From Saprospiraceae bacterium (GTDB lineage Bacteria; Bacteroidota; Bacteroidia; Chitinophagales; Saprospiraceae), in contig JAYTUR010000962.1 of NCBI GenBank assembly GCA_043744475.1, forward strand, positions 1 to 42,176: 42,176 nucleotides of DNA, written 5' to 3'. The translations under genes were made by a program, and so were the position numbers. Shown here in pieces: positions 6,903 to 14,515 of the stretch; positions within the stretch are counted from its first letter, which is position 1; the number at the start of each line of letters is the position of its first letter. Below the pieces are notes generated by a model. It was given only the letters and a program-made list of their open reading frames with translations. It made no database searches and was not told the DNA's origin.

Positions 6903-9090
6903 TGCTCCCCTCCTTACCTCTTTTATCAATGAGGAAGAAAAACGCTTCCCGATTGTCATAAGGTAGTTTGAATTTTTCGCACAGGTCTAAACGCCCCGTT
7001 GCAGCCTTCGCAAATTCATCCAATACCGACTTATTGACCGCTATTTTTTGACGCAATGACATGTATGCCTCATCGCACAGTTTGAATATGTTTTTTGCGA
7101 CGGTGCCGTCATTTGCCTGTGAGTTATTGAAATGACTTTCGCCATATTTTAATATTTTTCCCCTCAGCAATTCCAGTTTATCGTCGAGTAAACTTGTTGT
7201 TTTTTCGGCTTTCGGCTGTGGCACAGTGTCTATGGGCTGTGGCACAGTTTCGGGTTTTTCTCCCGTTTTTACTGAGGGGGTAGGGTTGAGTCGTTTTTTC
7301 GATATTTCTAAGGCTAAATCCTTGATTGGTTGGAGCGGCACGAGCGACAAGGAATTTTTAATATAGATGACCATCGGGTTTATACTGTCACAGGCATCCA
7401 CCCAATCTGTGTAATCGTATGCCTCACGCGGGTCGTAGGAGCATGAGCAAACATCTACCTGACCTTGCATATTGTATTCTGAAAACCGCTTTGTAGGCTT
7501 TTCTTCCGTTTTTACTGAGGGGGTAGGGGCAGTCGCCGCAATGGGTTGTTTCCCCGCTTTTTGGCGATACCAGTTGACGACTTGACCAAACAGAAAAACC
7601 ATATCATCACCTTCAATGACTTTTTTCGTAATGACATCAGAAGTGATACGCATCAACATTGCTGGGTCTTGTTCAAAAAACTGAATGGATTGTGCATAGT
7701 AATCTTCAAAAACGCCCTTCATATTGTTATCCGTAAGGGTTTTGTGAAATAGACCCCAATCAGAGCTATCGGATTCCGACATGTTTATTGCTTTTAAGTA
7801 ATCAAGTGGATTGCTGAATTTTTGCGCCCCGAGTGCGACGTATTCAGCCGCATAACCCGCCGTGAGTGCCGATAGGTACATTTGCAGATTTATCGCCGTG
7901 TTATCGAAATTATTGGATTGCACGACGTGCCCAAGCGAGTTGAGTTCTCCATTTACCTCTATTGATATTTTTGAAATCTCAATATTTGCATTTTGCCCCA
8001 ATGCTTTCATGTACCCGAATGCGCACAGATGTCCCGCTTCGTGTACGGCAATACGCTCTGTTGAGAAGTTGAGAAACGAACCTGATAATGTACCCACGGA
8101 TAGGGGCGTTGAGGTTGCTCCTGTGGGTGTGATTGCTGAAAAAACATCTTGCTTCAAATTGTCAATCAATCGCTCAAATTTGCCGACGTTAAAACTGGCT
8201 TGATAGAGCGATAATAAAAGTCCTACGATAAACATCAAAGCTGTTGCACCCACCGACAACCACATAAAGAGGGTAGCCCATGCCGCCGCATGTTTTTTGA
8301 ACAAATCCATATTAAAATCATTGGCTTTGCCTACGGCTGCAATACTTGCCCCTGCGGTTGGGTCATTTAGGACGTTTATTTTTGCCTGTCGCTGGGCATC
8401 TAATTTGATGTCGTATTTAGACATTATGTTATTTTTTTTCGACTTATATTCCGATTCATATTGTCGTTCCTTACTTTTTAGCGCATTTTGTCGTTCAACC
8501 CATGTGCCACCCATGCCAAAAGGAGCTAAAGCAGCCGATTTTTTCTTAACACCGCCTAATTCATCGTCTCTATCCTTCTGTATTTTGGCAATCTCCGCGT
8601 CTATGGCGGCTATTTTTTTGAGTTGTGCATTATCGGCATTTGATTGCAATGCCGAAACATCTGTTATAATAGGTCGTTCTGTCACTGATTCTGCGGCAGA
8701 ATCTCGAAGAAAGAGCGTGACACCGACCGTCACAATAATTAAAAAAACACAAAGCGCACCTGAAATCCAAAGCAGCCCTTTAAATGCCCGTTGTTTTTTT
8801 TGTGGCAAAATCTTCCAATCACCTGCAATGATTGACGTTAGGGTAGGCACAAGGATTATAAAAATGCCACCCTCCACGCAATAGAGGTAAATACCGATAA
8901 TTATTGCCGTTAAAGCACCCGCGACATAGGGACTTTCTAAACCCTTCATAAATATCATAAACAGAGGGATGGATAAAACAGCGGCGGAATCAAGTCCCGT
9001 TATAAATGCCGTGCCCTTAAAACAATTGAGTAGGAAACTATAAACCTCTCCATTGTCTCCTTTTTTGAATAAATCTTTGAAAATTTCCAT
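6895..9090 (-). CDS. Multi-pass membrane protein with a coiled coil and an FtsH (M41)-like HEAGH zinc-peptidase domain but no AAA domain
   Basis: Hydrophobic helices lie in aa ~25-125 and ~270-295. Peptidase motif is ERIAVHEAGHLCAFGY...LGHVV...LTAGYAAEYVALG. Two PTPSVKT(E/G)EKP repeats are encoded by dispersed-motif copies. Confidence 0.65.
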   Translation of the reverse strand: MEIFKDLFKKGDNGEVYSFLLNCFKGTAFITGLDSAAVLSIPLFMIFMKGLESPYVAGALTAIIIGIYLYCVEGGIFIILVPTLTSIIAGDWKILPQKKQRAFKGLLWISGALCVFLIIVTVGVTLFLRDSAAESVTERPIITDVSALQSNADNAQLKKIAAIDAEIAKIQKDRDDELGGVKKKSAALAPFGMGGTWVERQNALKSKERQYESEYKSKKNNIMSKYDIKLDAQRQAKINVLNDPTAGASIAAVGKANDFNMDLFKKHAAAWATLFMWLSVGATALMFIVGLLLSLYQASFNVGKFERLIDNLKQDVFSAITPTGATSTPLSVGTLSGSFLNFSTERIAVHEAGHLCAFGYMKALGQNANIEISKISIEVNGELNSLGHVVQSNNFDNTAINLQMYLSALTAGYAAEYVALGAQKFSNPLDYLKAINMSESDSSDWGLFHKTLTDNNMKGVFEDYYAQSIQFFEQDPAMLMRITSDVITKKVIEGDDMVFLFGQVVNWYRQKAGKQPIAATAPTPSVKTEEKPTKRFSEYNMQGQVDVCSCSYDPREAYDYTDWVDACDSINPMVIYIKNSLSLVPLQPIKDLALEISKKRLNPTPSVKTGEKPETVPQPIDTVPQPKAEKTTSLLDDKLELLRGKILKYGESHFNNSQANDGTVAKNIFKLCDEAYMSLRQKIAVNKSVLDEFAKAATGRLDLCEKFKLPYDNREAFFFLIDKRGKEGSNE
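7270..7280 (+). repeat. Dispersed motif TACTGAGGGGG
   Basis: Exact 11-mer in CDS 6895..9090, encoding PTPSVKT. Confidence 0.95.
7513..7523 (+). repeat. Dispersed motif TACTGAGGGGG
   Basis: Exact 11-mer in CDS 6895..9090, encoding the second PTPSVKT. Confidence 0.95.
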
Positions 9091-9201
9091 TAGACCGAAA
9101 TTTAAAAATGTGATAAAAAAATATTTACTTTTGTATCTTAAAATTCTTAGACCGAATTTGCAGAATTAGCCGGCTACCGCGAATAGTCGGCTTTTCTGTT
9201 T

Positions 9202-9444
9202 TTATATCGCCCTGTCGACCGCGACGGGCTTGATGATATTCTTATTTTTCATTTCCCACCACTTCCACCATGCCTCTATATATTCCTGCTCGGTGGCGTG
9301 TACTAAGCCCTCGCGTTCAAAACCTTCTTTATTATGGGGAATAAACGCGGTTGGTGTACATTCAAAAAAGCTCTCATCGGTTTCCTTGACGAAAGTCCAT
9401 TCGTCGGTGCCTAAATTTTCGTATTTCCAAAATTGTAAAGCCAT
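9202..9444 (-). CDS. Hypothetical protein (80 aa), Trp-rich
   Basis: The track start at 9450 is TTG. The first ATG is at 9442..9444 (MALQFWKYENLG...). Confidence 0.55.
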   Translation of the reverse strand: MALQFWKYENLGTDEWTFVKETDESFFECTPTAFIPHNKEGFEREGLVHATEQEYIEAWWKWWEMKNKNIIKPVAVDRAI

Positions 9445-9776
9445 AATCAAGATTTTTTAAAAGAGCTACCCAAAATAGCAGGGTAGCTTCCGACCCAAAT
9501 TATAATCCCATGAACAAATCATCTTAAAAAGTGGCGACTCCCGATAAGAGCCGCCTCCCGACCCCAAAAAACCAAATGAAAACAATTCTTTTTCTTTAAA
9601 AAAAGCGGCGGTTTGACCATCTAACACGATTGAATCTGTTCGCCCCGCCGCTTTTCGTCTCTTCTAAATAAAATAAAAATACTTTCGCCAAATTCGTTCA
9701 TAAACGAATAACTAAGTTTGCCTCTCTTGCCGCTTCGAGGCTCTTGCGAACGTTTCCCCCCTTGATGGGAGTAGCA

Positions 9777-10181
9777 TTATCTTTGTTTCACGGCTTTCGG
9801 ACAATCGCATTGCCATTTAGGTGCAATGAAAATGGTCAATCTCTCTCGTTCGCCTAACTGTGCCAATATTAACCTGTCTTTTGCGATGCCTTTGCCTATG
9901 AGTTCACCGTCTTTGTCAATCACGTATGTCCATATTTCGTTTGTTGCAATTGGTAAATTATCGAACTGATAAAAGCCCTCTGCGACCTTAAAAGGTGGAA
10001 ACTCTGCCGATGGGCATTGACTGCCGATTGTGTACCATTGCACAGGATTAGACCTTGTGTTTAATCTTGCGAATGTGAACACTCTTGTTGCTTCATCGCA
10101 AGAGTTGAATACTTGTACTGTTTGCGCCTTTGCGCTAAACCAAGCTGCGAATAGGGCAGCGGTAATAATAGATTTTCTCAT
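9777..10181 (-). CDS. Exported hypothetical protein (134 aa)
   Basis: N-terminal signal-like MRKSIITAALFAAWFSAKAQ. Confidence 0.65.
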   Translation of the reverse strand: MRKSIITAALFAAWFSAKAQTVQVFNSCDEATRVFTFARLNTRSNPVQWYTIGSQCPSAEFPPFKVAEGFYQFDNLPIATNEIWTYVIDKDGELIGKGIAKDRLILAQLGERERLTIFIAPKWQCDCPKAVKQR

Positions 10182-10255
10182 TTTTGAAATATTATGTTAT
10201 GGAATTATTGATAAAACAACTATTTGACACACAAATAGTTATGACTTACTTTTGT

Positions 10256-10295
10256 AAAAAAAAAGGGGCTTAAAACAAATACCCTCGAAAGCCCC
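10256..10295 (-). terminator. Intrinsic terminator directly after the Cro-like gene
   Basis: Stem GGGGCTT (10265..10271) / AAGCCCC (10289..10295), then U9 on the minus strand (10256..10264). Confidence 0.75.
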
Positions 10296-10353
10296 CTTAA
10301 ACGAAAAAACAGCATATTTATAGAAAATCAAAACCGATACTAATGAGAAGAAA

Positions 10354-10590
10354 CTACACCGCTTCAACAGCTTCAATGAAGCCCTCTAAATCTGTCAATT
10401 TCTCTCTTGCCACCTCTGCGGCAATTATTTTAATCATTTTCCTTTTTTCGGCACTGACACCGATTGTTGTGTTTTGATAGATGCCCAGCGTTGCACCTAC
10501 CGTTTGGGGCGAAGATTCCGACCGTTTAGCAATTTCGCTCAATATGCCAAATGGAACATTGATTTTTTTGCTATTTGTTTTTTTATTCAT
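10354..10590 (-). CDS. Small HTH protein, Cro-like by position (first gene of the leftward early operon)
   Basis: Divergent from the XRE repressor. HTH-like ILSEIAKRSESSPQTVGATLG. Followed by a strong terminator. Confidence 0.6.
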   Translation of the reverse strand: MNKKTNSKKINVPFGILSEIAKRSESSPQTVGATLGIYQNTTIGVSAEKRKMIKIIAAEVAREKLTDLEGFIEAVEAV

Positions 10591-10598
10591 TTTCCTTT

Positions 10599-10630
10599 AT
10601 TATATTTGTCTAACGTGATACAAATATAAT
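10599..10630. promoter_or_regulatory. Operator/promoter palindrome of the genetic switch
   Basis: 11-bp perfect inverted repeat ATTATATTTGT (10599..10609) / ACAAATATAAT (10620..10630). Each arm contains TATATTTG (TAnnTTTG) pointing toward the other arm. Confidence 0.5.
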
Positions 10631-10712
10631 TCCATATTTCTGATAATTCCAAATTAATGGAAAATAATTTTCATAATTCTGTAATTATTTTTTTTGACTA
10701 AATCAATTTAAG

Positions 10713-11129
10713 GTGAATATCAATGACCGACTAAGAGAACTTATCAAAACATTAGGACTCAATAAGACTCAACTGGCAAAAGAGACGGGTTTAAATTACA
10801 CGACCTTAGATAGTGTTATCAATGAAAAAACAAACAATAAACCCTCTTTTGATACACTTTCAGCAATTTTATTAACGTATAGGCAAGTTGACCCTGATTG
10901 GTTGATTCATGGAATAGGAGATGTTTTCAGGAAAATGGAAATAACTAATTCAGAAAAATGGAATTTACAGAAAAATGAATTAAACGAAGACCCCCCTCAG
11001 TACAAACCCGATGCGAAGCCAAAACAAGACGAGCTCTCCGAAAAGCGATACGAGCTTTTATTGATTGAGATGGAAGCGATAAGGAAGCGGGTAGAAATGG
11101 TGGAGAAGGCATTGAAGCAGAAGAAATAA
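10713..11129 (+). CDS. XRE-family HTH repressor (CI-like)
   Basis: LRELIKTLGLNKTQLAKETGLNYTTLDSVINEK. GTG start as in the track. C-terminal coiled coil. Divergent from the Cro-like gene. Confidence 0.8.
   Translation: MNINDRLRELIKTLGLNKTQLAKETGLNYTTLDSVINEKTNNKPSFDTLSAILLTYRQVDPDWLIHGIGDVFRKMEITNSEKWNLQKNELNEDPPQYKPDAKPKQDELSEKRYELLLIEMEAIRKRVEMVEKALKQKK
10992..11002 (-). repeat. Dispersed motif TACTGAGGGGG
   Basis: Exact 11-mer in the repressor CDS (DPPQYK). Confidence 0.95.
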
Positions 11130-11136
11130 ATAAATA

Positions 11137-11147
11137 TACTGAGGGGG
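11137..11147 (+). repeat. Dispersed motif TACTGAGGGGG
   Basis: Exact 11-mer, 7 nt after the repressor stop codon. Confidence 0.95.
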
Positions 11148-11189
11148 GAGCTACACAGAAAGACCTAATTTTTAAACAGATAAATTTTC

Positions 11190-11528
11190 ATGAAAAGAGG
11201 AATAATAGTGGCGACTCTGCTTCTCTATAGTGTGTTTTGTTTTGGGCAGAAAGAACAAATCATAGGCAAATACATGAGCAAAGAATTAGATGGTTGTGAA
11301 ATGACCTTTTATCAAAGAGGCGAAAAGATTTATCTCAAAACGGTATATATCAAAAGAGCAGGCAAACCTGTGGAGCAGCAAGTGAAACGGCGCAAAGTAA
11401 ATGGCAAAATGCGATTTGACTATTTAAATGGTGAGATGCGTGGCGAATATTTTATCATTGAAAATGATGGCAATTTAGGCGAATATAATAAAGAGGGTAA
11501 ACGGTTTGATATTGCTACGAAAATGTAG
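11190..11528 (+). CDS. Exported hypothetical protein (112 aa) in the lysogeny block
   Basis: Signal-like MKRGIIVATLLLYSVFCFGQ. Co-oriented with repressor and integrase. Confidence 0.6.
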   Translation: MKRGIIVATLLLYSVFCFGQKEQIIGKYMSKELDGCEMTFYQRGEKIYLKTVYIKRAGKPVEQQVKRRKVNGKMRFDYLNGEMRGEYFIIENDGNLGEYNKEGKRFDIATKM

Positions 11529-11573
11529 AATGGTTCGTTTGATTGTCATTCATTCATGCTTAAAAATTCTCTT

Positions 11574-12026
11574 ATGAAAAAGGTATTGATTTTTTTACTT
11601 CTACTCAGTTGCACATTGGTATACAGCCAAAAGGATTCGAGTCAAATTGTGTACGTGAAAGGAAAGCGGCTTGACACGACACTGACGTATATCACCGTCA
11701 ATTTTGAGGTATTCTCAACGCTTAAAAAATCGGAAAGTTACTGGATGACAGCATGGAAGGGTTTGGATGACAAGCCAATCGCGCCGAAGAGTTATGGGCT
11801 GGATATGAAAAAAGTATGGGACGATATGATACAAACGGCAAAAGATTACGCTATTGTCAACTATAAGGGCAAATCTATGGGTATTACGAATGAAGATGAC
11901 CTATTCAACGTGATGGCAGCAAATGGTTATCGCTTTATTCTAAAAACACCTATTCCGCCGATAAATGTTGGATTGGTGGCAGCTCGTGCGTTTGCGGGAA
12001 CATCGTATAAGTTTGAGAGGCGGTGA
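11574..12026 (+). CDS. Putative lipoprotein (150 aa) in the lysogeny block
   Basis: MKKVLIFLLLLSCTLVYSQ with a lipobox-like LLLSC. The track start at 11556 is also an ATG. Confidence 0.6.
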   Translation: MKKVLIFLLLLSCTLVYSQKDSSQIVYVKGKRLDTTLTYITVNFEVFSTLKKSESYWMTAWKGLDDKPIAPKSYGLDMKKVWDDMIQTAKDYAIVNYKGKSMGITNEDDLFNVMAANGYRFILKTPIPPINVGLVAARAFAGTSYKFERR

Positions 12027-12050
12027 GTGTTGTCCTATCCGAAAATAAAT

Positions 12051-12175
12051 TTTGTTTTGTGACACTTATAAGTTATTGATTTAGAGATTATTAGCTGTGA
12101 TGTGTTATTTCCGTCCTTCACCACCTAATTTACAAAGTATTGAATGTCAACGCTTTGCGAGTGTCACAAAACAAA
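12051..12175. repeat. 16-bp perfect inverted repeat flanking 93 bp upstream of int (attP / arm-site candidate)
   Basis: TTTGTTTTGTGACACT (12051..12066) and AGTGTCACAAAACAAA (12160..12175). Confidence 0.45.
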
Positions 12176-12208
12176 GGTATGGACAAATAGCTCATCGTCA
12201 AAATTTAG

Positions 12209-13303
12209 ATGATGAGAAAAAAAAATTTGCCTAAAATATACCCTTTGTCAAGGGATTTAAAAAAAGAGTGGTTTGTCTCTTGGCGTTTTTTAGATGAGAA
12301 CGGCTTTTCTAAGCTGGTAAAGGAGAGGATTCCTAATTTAAACACAATTGCTGAAAGGCTCGCCTACGGAGAAAAAATCAGTAAAAATTTATTAACGCAT
12401 GGCTGGAAACCAAAGGAGAAAAGTCCTTTTGCAGGTTCGGTGGATGCGATGAAGTTGGCTTTTGATTGGCTTCATGCTCGAAAGGGTGTGGTGCGACGGA
12501 AGACTTTTTTTACTTATCAGTCGCATTTGAAGAATTTAGATGCATTTGTGAAGTTGAAAAAATTTCGGTCGGTGAACTTGACATTGGCAGAGGCTTTCTT
12601 GGTGTCGCTTACTGAAGGGGGTAAGGCGGCGGCGACGGTCAATGCACATCGAAGGACTTTTAATCAGGCGTTTAATTTTTGTGTTCGTAAGAAAACGATG
12701 TCGAAAAATCCTTTTGAGGGGACTGAAAGGGTATCGGGGAGTTCGGATTCTAAGATGCCTTTTACAAAGACTCAAGCGCATTTTGTGAAGTCAAAAATGC
12801 CTGAAGAATTGTGGGCGGCGGCGCGGTGGTTGTATTACTGCTTTATAAGACCGGGTGAGCTGCGACAGATTCGGGTAGGGGAGTTGGATTTGGATGAAGG
12901 TAAAATATTGGTTAAGTCTGATATTTCTAAGAATCGAAAAAGTGAATGGGTGATTGTTCCCGCCGCTTTGATGAAGGAACTTGCGCCGCTTTGTCTATAT
13001 CAATATGACCCGACTTGGTTTTTGATTGGTGAAAATGGGTTGCCTTCTGAAACTACTGTGGGTTTCAACTTTTGGTCAAATCGGCATTTGAAGTTACTGA
13101 AGGCTTTGAACTTTGATACGAAACAATATTCGCTTTATAGTTGGAAACATTACGGTGTTTATAGGTTGGCAAAAGCAACTAAAGATTATAGGGCGGTGCA
13201 GCTTCAATGCCGGCATCACTCGTTGGACATGACTGTGCGCTACTTGAGGAAGATTGGTATCATGGAGTATAATAATATTCGTGATGATTTTCCAGAGGTG
13301 TGA
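12209..13303 (+). CDS. int: Tyrosine site-specific integrase
   Basis: SAM-like N-terminal domain. Catalytic-domain signatures CFIRPGELRQI, WKHYGVYRLA and CRHHSLDMTVRYL (H-x-x-R ... Y). Confidence 0.9.
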   Translation: MMRKKNLPKIYPLSRDLKKEWFVSWRFLDENGFSKLVKERIPNLNTIAERLAYGEKISKNLLTHGWKPKEKSPFAGSVDAMKLAFDWLHARKGVVRRKTFFTYQSHLKNLDAFVKLKKFRSVNLTLAEAFLVSLTEGGKAAATVNAHRRTFNQAFNFCVRKKTMSKNPFEGTERVSGSSDSKMPFTKTQAHFVKSKMPEELWAAARWLYYCFIRPGELRQIRVGELDLDEGKILVKSDISKNRKSEWVIVPAALMKELAPLCLYQYDPTWFLIGENGLPSETTVGFNFWSNRHLKLLKALNFDTKQYSLYSWKHYGVYRLAKATKDYRAVQLQCRHHSLDMTVRYLRKIGIMEYNNIRDDFPEV

Positions 13304-13319
13304 CTTAATATGTAGGGGC

Positions 13320-13356
13320 AAAAAAAGCCGATACTGACGGTATCGGCTTAACTTTT
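13320..13356. terminator. Bidirectional terminator between the convergent int and antirepressor-like genes
   Basis: A7-GCCGATAC-tgacg-GTATCGGC-TTAACTTTT. Confidence 0.75.
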
Positions 13357-13376
13357 GGAAATAGGGTAGTGGGCAG

Positions 13377-13919
13377 TTAGGAAAGATTTAAACTCAATTG
13401 CCCCTGCACCAATTCAATATCCATCTCCTTCAATGTCTTTGTAATGTGCTTCTCCTTTTTTTTCAGTTCCTGGATCCGTTGGTATTCGGCACTTTCCAAA
13501 AGTTGGGCATCCAATTTCTCTTGTAATTCCAAAATTTCCAATTGCGTTTCTGTTTTTTCGTTCAAGGCAGTCATGCGTCCTGTCATTGCGCCGTGGAAAT
13601 GGTTGAATAAAATTTCATAGCACTTACGCTTATAAAGTTTTAATTCGGCACTATCAGAACGGATTGAGAAGAGCCAACCATAAACAAATTTTTCGGGCAA
13701 ACAAACCATGTTTCGGAGCTTCCCGTCAGCAGCAACTATTGGCTGTTCAGCCAATAGTTCACTTAAAATTTCATCCTCTTTAATGTTCTTAAAAGTGCGT
13801 GTATACTCAATATTTAGAGCATCACAAATAGGCTTAATAGCAACCCACCATGTACCATCGGCAAGCAAAATCGATATGCGTTTGCCATTAAATTCTAAAA
13901 ACTTTTCTATGTTTTTCAT
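13377..13919 (-). CDS. Antirepressor-like protein (Bro-N / P22 AR N-terminal-like domain + coiled coil)
   Basis: FNGKRISILLADGTWWVAIKPICDALNIEYTRTFKNI...KFVYGWLFSI. The track start at 13937 is TTG; the first ATG is at 13917..13919. Confidence 0.7.
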   Translation of the reverse strand: MKNIEKFLEFNGKRISILLADGTWWVAIKPICDALNIEYTRTFKNIKEDEILSELLAEQPIVAADGKLRNMVCLPEKFVYGWLFSIRSDSAELKLYKRKCYEILFNHFHGAMTGRMTALNEKTETQLEILELQEKLDAQLLESAEYQRIQELKKKEKHITKTLKEMDIELVQGQLSLNLS

Positions 13920-13978
13920 CTCTGAAATTTTATGCAACTATCCCGTATTCAGGGGATAGTTGCGGTGATAAAAATAGG

Positions 13979-14215
13979 TTATTTTACTGAGGGGTGTAGC
14001 GATAGATAATTGTATTTGTACAAAGCAGACTCCAACAAAATGCGAATACCCCAAAACGATTCCTGTCGTTCAATTTCGTTTTTAGGTTCTCGATAGTGAA
14101 TGTGCAAATCGCACAAGGCTAATGCCGCTTCTAATTGATTTTGGATTTGGCAAGATACGTCGATGGACGTAATGTCGCAAAAGGGATGGACGGGAGTGGA
14201 ATTTTGTTCTTTCAT
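13979..14215 (-). CDS. Small hypothetical protein (78 aa) downstream of structured-RNA cassette A
   Basis: ATG ORF ending HPSVK* within a dispersed-motif copy. Confidence 0.5.
   Translation of the reverse strand: MKEQNSTPVHPFCDITSIDVSCQIQNQLEAALALCDLHIHYREPKNEIERQESFWGIRILLESALYKYNYLSLHPSVK
13985..13994 (+). repeat. Dispersed motif TACTGAGGGG
   Basis: Exact 10-mer covering the last codons of ORF 13979..14215. Confidence 0.9.
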
Positions 14216-14255
14216 CGTGGTGGATGCTTTTAAAGATTAATGAAATTTGAATTAT

Positions 14256-14326
14256 AAAAAAAACGGCTGTCCCACATCCACCACAGATGCCTTTAGCACG
14301 GCAAAGCCGAGAAAGGAGGAACAGCC
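14256..14326 (-). terminator. Intrinsic terminator ending RNA A
   Basis: Stem 14318..14326 / 14265..14273 (9 bp, one G-U valid only in the minus-strand RNA), then U8 (14256..14263). Confidence 0.6.
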
Positions 14327-14420
14327 TAACCCAAAAACATTGGGCTTATCTTGAATCTAAACAGACTTTTTTTAAATAGGAAAGCCTAAACCGTACTAAC
14401 GCTATCATGTGGTGGACGAT
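14256..14420 (-). ncRNA. Candidate ~165-nt structured RNA / attenuator leader A
   Basis: Runs from the twin promoter to the terminator. Long-range complementarity between 14408..14416 and 14277..14285. Shares the UAGG-loop-CCUA hairpin with copy B. Confidence 0.45.
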
Positions 14421-14457
14421 ACGACAAAGATAGAAATAATCATGCCACAAAAACAAG
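14421..14457 (-). promoter_or_regulatory. Twin promoter, copy A
   Basis: 37/37 identical to 26059..26095. Minus strand reads CTTGTTTTTGTGGCATGATTATTTCTATCTTTGTCGT, with the TATCTTTG -7 box and upstream TTG/TTTG. Confidence 0.6.
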
Positions 14458-14474
14458 TGTGTTTGGAAATAAAT

Positions 14475-14508
14475 AAAAAAAGCCCCCTCAGTAACGAGAG
14501 GGCTTTTT
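14475..14508. terminator. Bidirectional terminator containing a dispersed-motif copy
   Basis: A7-GCCCCCTC-AGTAAC-GAGAGGGC-T5 (hairpin 14482..14503). Confidence 0.75.
14483..14493 (-). repeat. Dispersed motif TACTGAGGGGG
   Basis: Exact 11-mer forming an arm/loop of the terminator at 14482..14503. Confidence 0.95.
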
Positions 14509-14515
14509 CTTAATT

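Noticed and set aside
9594-9655. tRNA-like or attP-related GC stem GCGGCGG...CCGCCGC in the 325-nt spacer 9451..9776, and CACCACC at about 12119..12125 as a tRNA 3' fragment.
   Set aside because: The stem encloses only 33 nt, too short for a tRNA, and is flanked by A and T runs like a bidirectional terminator. The 12119 sequence has no adjacent T-arm consensus.
13979-14508. Retron- or DGR-like interpretation of the twin cassettes (long-range inverted repeats closing a structured RNA, as in msr-msd a1/a2).
   Set aside because: No reverse-transcriptase-like ORF exists anywhere in the window, and there is no template/variable repeat pair with A-biased mismatches.
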